From positions 128,699-192,698 of the forward strand of contig JAHQJS010000005.1 of the NCBI GenBank assembly GCA_019057385.1: a DNA stretch of 64,000 bases, in the 5' to 3' direction. A model generated the notes under the pieces. It was not told the DNA's origin, did no database searches, and worked only from the letters and a program-made list of their open reading frames with translations. The position numbers and the translations under genes are program-made. Below are positions 62,874 through 64,000 of the stretch, one piece after another; within the stretch, counting starts at the first letter, position 1; each line of letters begins with the position of its first letter. Source of the DNA: Candidatus Borrarchaeum weybense (GTDB lineage Archaea > Asgardarchaeota > Sifarchaeia > Borrarchaeales > Borrarchaeaceae).

Positions 62874-63010
62874 GCCCCGATAGCTCAGCTGGTAGAGCGC
62901 GACCTTGGTAAGGTCGAGTTGTCTTCGGAACTCCCGAAGGTGCGAGAAGTCGCGGGTTCGAAGGAAATTTGAGCGGAGCGCTCTTTCCGAAACACCCGCT
63001 CGGGGCTCCA
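62874..63010 (+). tRNA. tRNA-Thr(GGT), two introns (45/46, 59/60)
   Basis: GCCCCGA/TCGGGGC, CGACC-TTGGTAA-GGTCG, encoded CCA; introns 62919-62948, 62963-62993. Confidence 0.92.
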
Positions 63011-63296
63011 TTCAATTTACTTCAATTTTAACAAGTAACCCCAGTTAAATCCGCGATCCTTATATAATCAGATCAGTCTTATTGAGCGGTAACCCCTTCA
63101 ACGTTTCTTTGAATTATAGGTTAAATATCTTCAATCAAAGAATTAATTAACAAGTAATTGATGAATAGATGTAGTAGAGGGAGTAAAACTTAAATTTTAA
63201 GAAAAATTGAAGTAGAGGCGCAAAACTTTATTTATTATAGTTCAGTTATTAAGGTGAATAAAATTAGTGGATTTAAGGACGAATGTTGGTGATTAT

Positions 63297-64000
63297 TTGC
63301 AGTTAATTGACGCTTTTCAAGGACTTATTAACTCATTAGCGGCTTCAACTGGTTTAGCCGCTGTTATTTTTGAACTAATCTTTGTTGTCGTTATTCTTGT
63401 AGTATTAGTCTTCGTAGGGTATCTGGCAGGAAAATCTGTAGGAGGAGGAAGAGAACCCTCAGCAACTTCTAAACTTCTAATCCCATCTGAAGGATATTCC
63501 GTAGATGAAAGTATTTCTATAGATGAAGTAACTCAAACTCAAGAAACTCTGCAAATACTCGACGTTGAGAAAACATCTGCAACGCAGGCTATTAAAAATG
63601 CAGAAAAAGCCTATAAAAGTAAAAAAATTAGCCCAACTGCATATCAAAAGCTTATGGAACTATATTCTGAGCGGCTTGAAAAAATTAATTCCGAAATTTC
63701 ACGCCGATCAAGTGTTGTAAAAGCAGGGACTTTAGAAGCTGAATTCGAACGTGCGAGACAAGAAGCGCTTGTAGAATTGAAAGGAGAACCAGAAGAAGTT
63801 ACCGGACCAGGTGTTCCAGAAGCAGGATTAATAGAAGAATCTGAAGTTCTAGAAGGACCTGAAACTCCAGCAGGACCCCCAACAGCGCCTCCCACCGGGC
63901 CTCCCACCGGACCCCCAACAGCGCCTCCCACCGGGCCTCCCACCGGACCCCCAACAGCACCTCCCACTGGACCTCCAACGACACCTCCAGCAGGACCCCC
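63297..64000 (+). CDS. Membrane-anchored coiled-coil, proline-rich protein (runs off window end)
   Basis: TTG after GGTGA, open to window end; TM helix, helical region, then (PPT[G/A])n. Confidence 0.8.
   Translation, partial: MQLIDAFQGLINSLAASTGLAAVIFELIFVVVILVVLVFVGYLAGKSVGGGREPSATSKLLIPSEGYSVDESISIDEVTQTQETLQILDVEKTSATQAIKNAEKAYKSKKISPTAYQKLMELYSERLEKINSEISRRSSVVKAGTLEAEFERARQEALVELKGEPEEVTGPGVPEAGLIEESEVLEGPETPAGPPTAPPTGPPTGPPTAPPTGPPTGPPTAPPTGPPTTPPAGP
63873..64000 (+). repeat. 12-bp tandem repeat (36-bp higher-order unit) encoding PPTG/PPTA
   Basis: GGACCCCCAACAGCGCCTCCCACCGGGCCTCCCACC repeated. Confidence 0.9.

Noticed and set aside
63644-63984. Minus-strand Gly-rich and WEA-repeat ORFs
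   Set aside because: Antisense shadows of the proline-rich gene

Overview
64-kb archaeal chromosomal window, most likely from an Asgard archaeon, judged by a eukaryote-like actin among archaeal housekeeping genes. These include A-type ATPase H/F/A, MoeA x2, Taw1, TrpRS/MetRS/TyrRS/PheRS, RtcB plus archease, SRP19, DnaG, an archaeal mevalonate cluster, AhcY and a stand-alone 5S rRNA. The most striking content is non-coding and absent from the ORF track. (1) Six tRNA genes are all interrupted, with about 18 BHB-type introns by manual parsing. Trp, Pro and Met appear to carry four introns each, including a 1-nt exon (Trp) and two back-to-back introns at one site (Pro) that imply ordered splicing. 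(2) IS200/IS605 derivatives share one left-end design: a full TnpB element, two protein-less TnpB reRNA cassettes (one with its own TATA box), a protein-less IscB-type omega/HEARO RNA cassette and a 78-bp ends-only element. (3) A displaced tRNA-Trp 3' end still carries a T-loop intron nearly identical to that of tRNA-Pro. (4) A 28-aa poly-Ser leader ORF lies upstream of a ComB-like phosphatase. (5) An unexplained ~280-nt structured region lies between tyrS and pheS. All calls come from manual reading; no database searches or folding programs were run.
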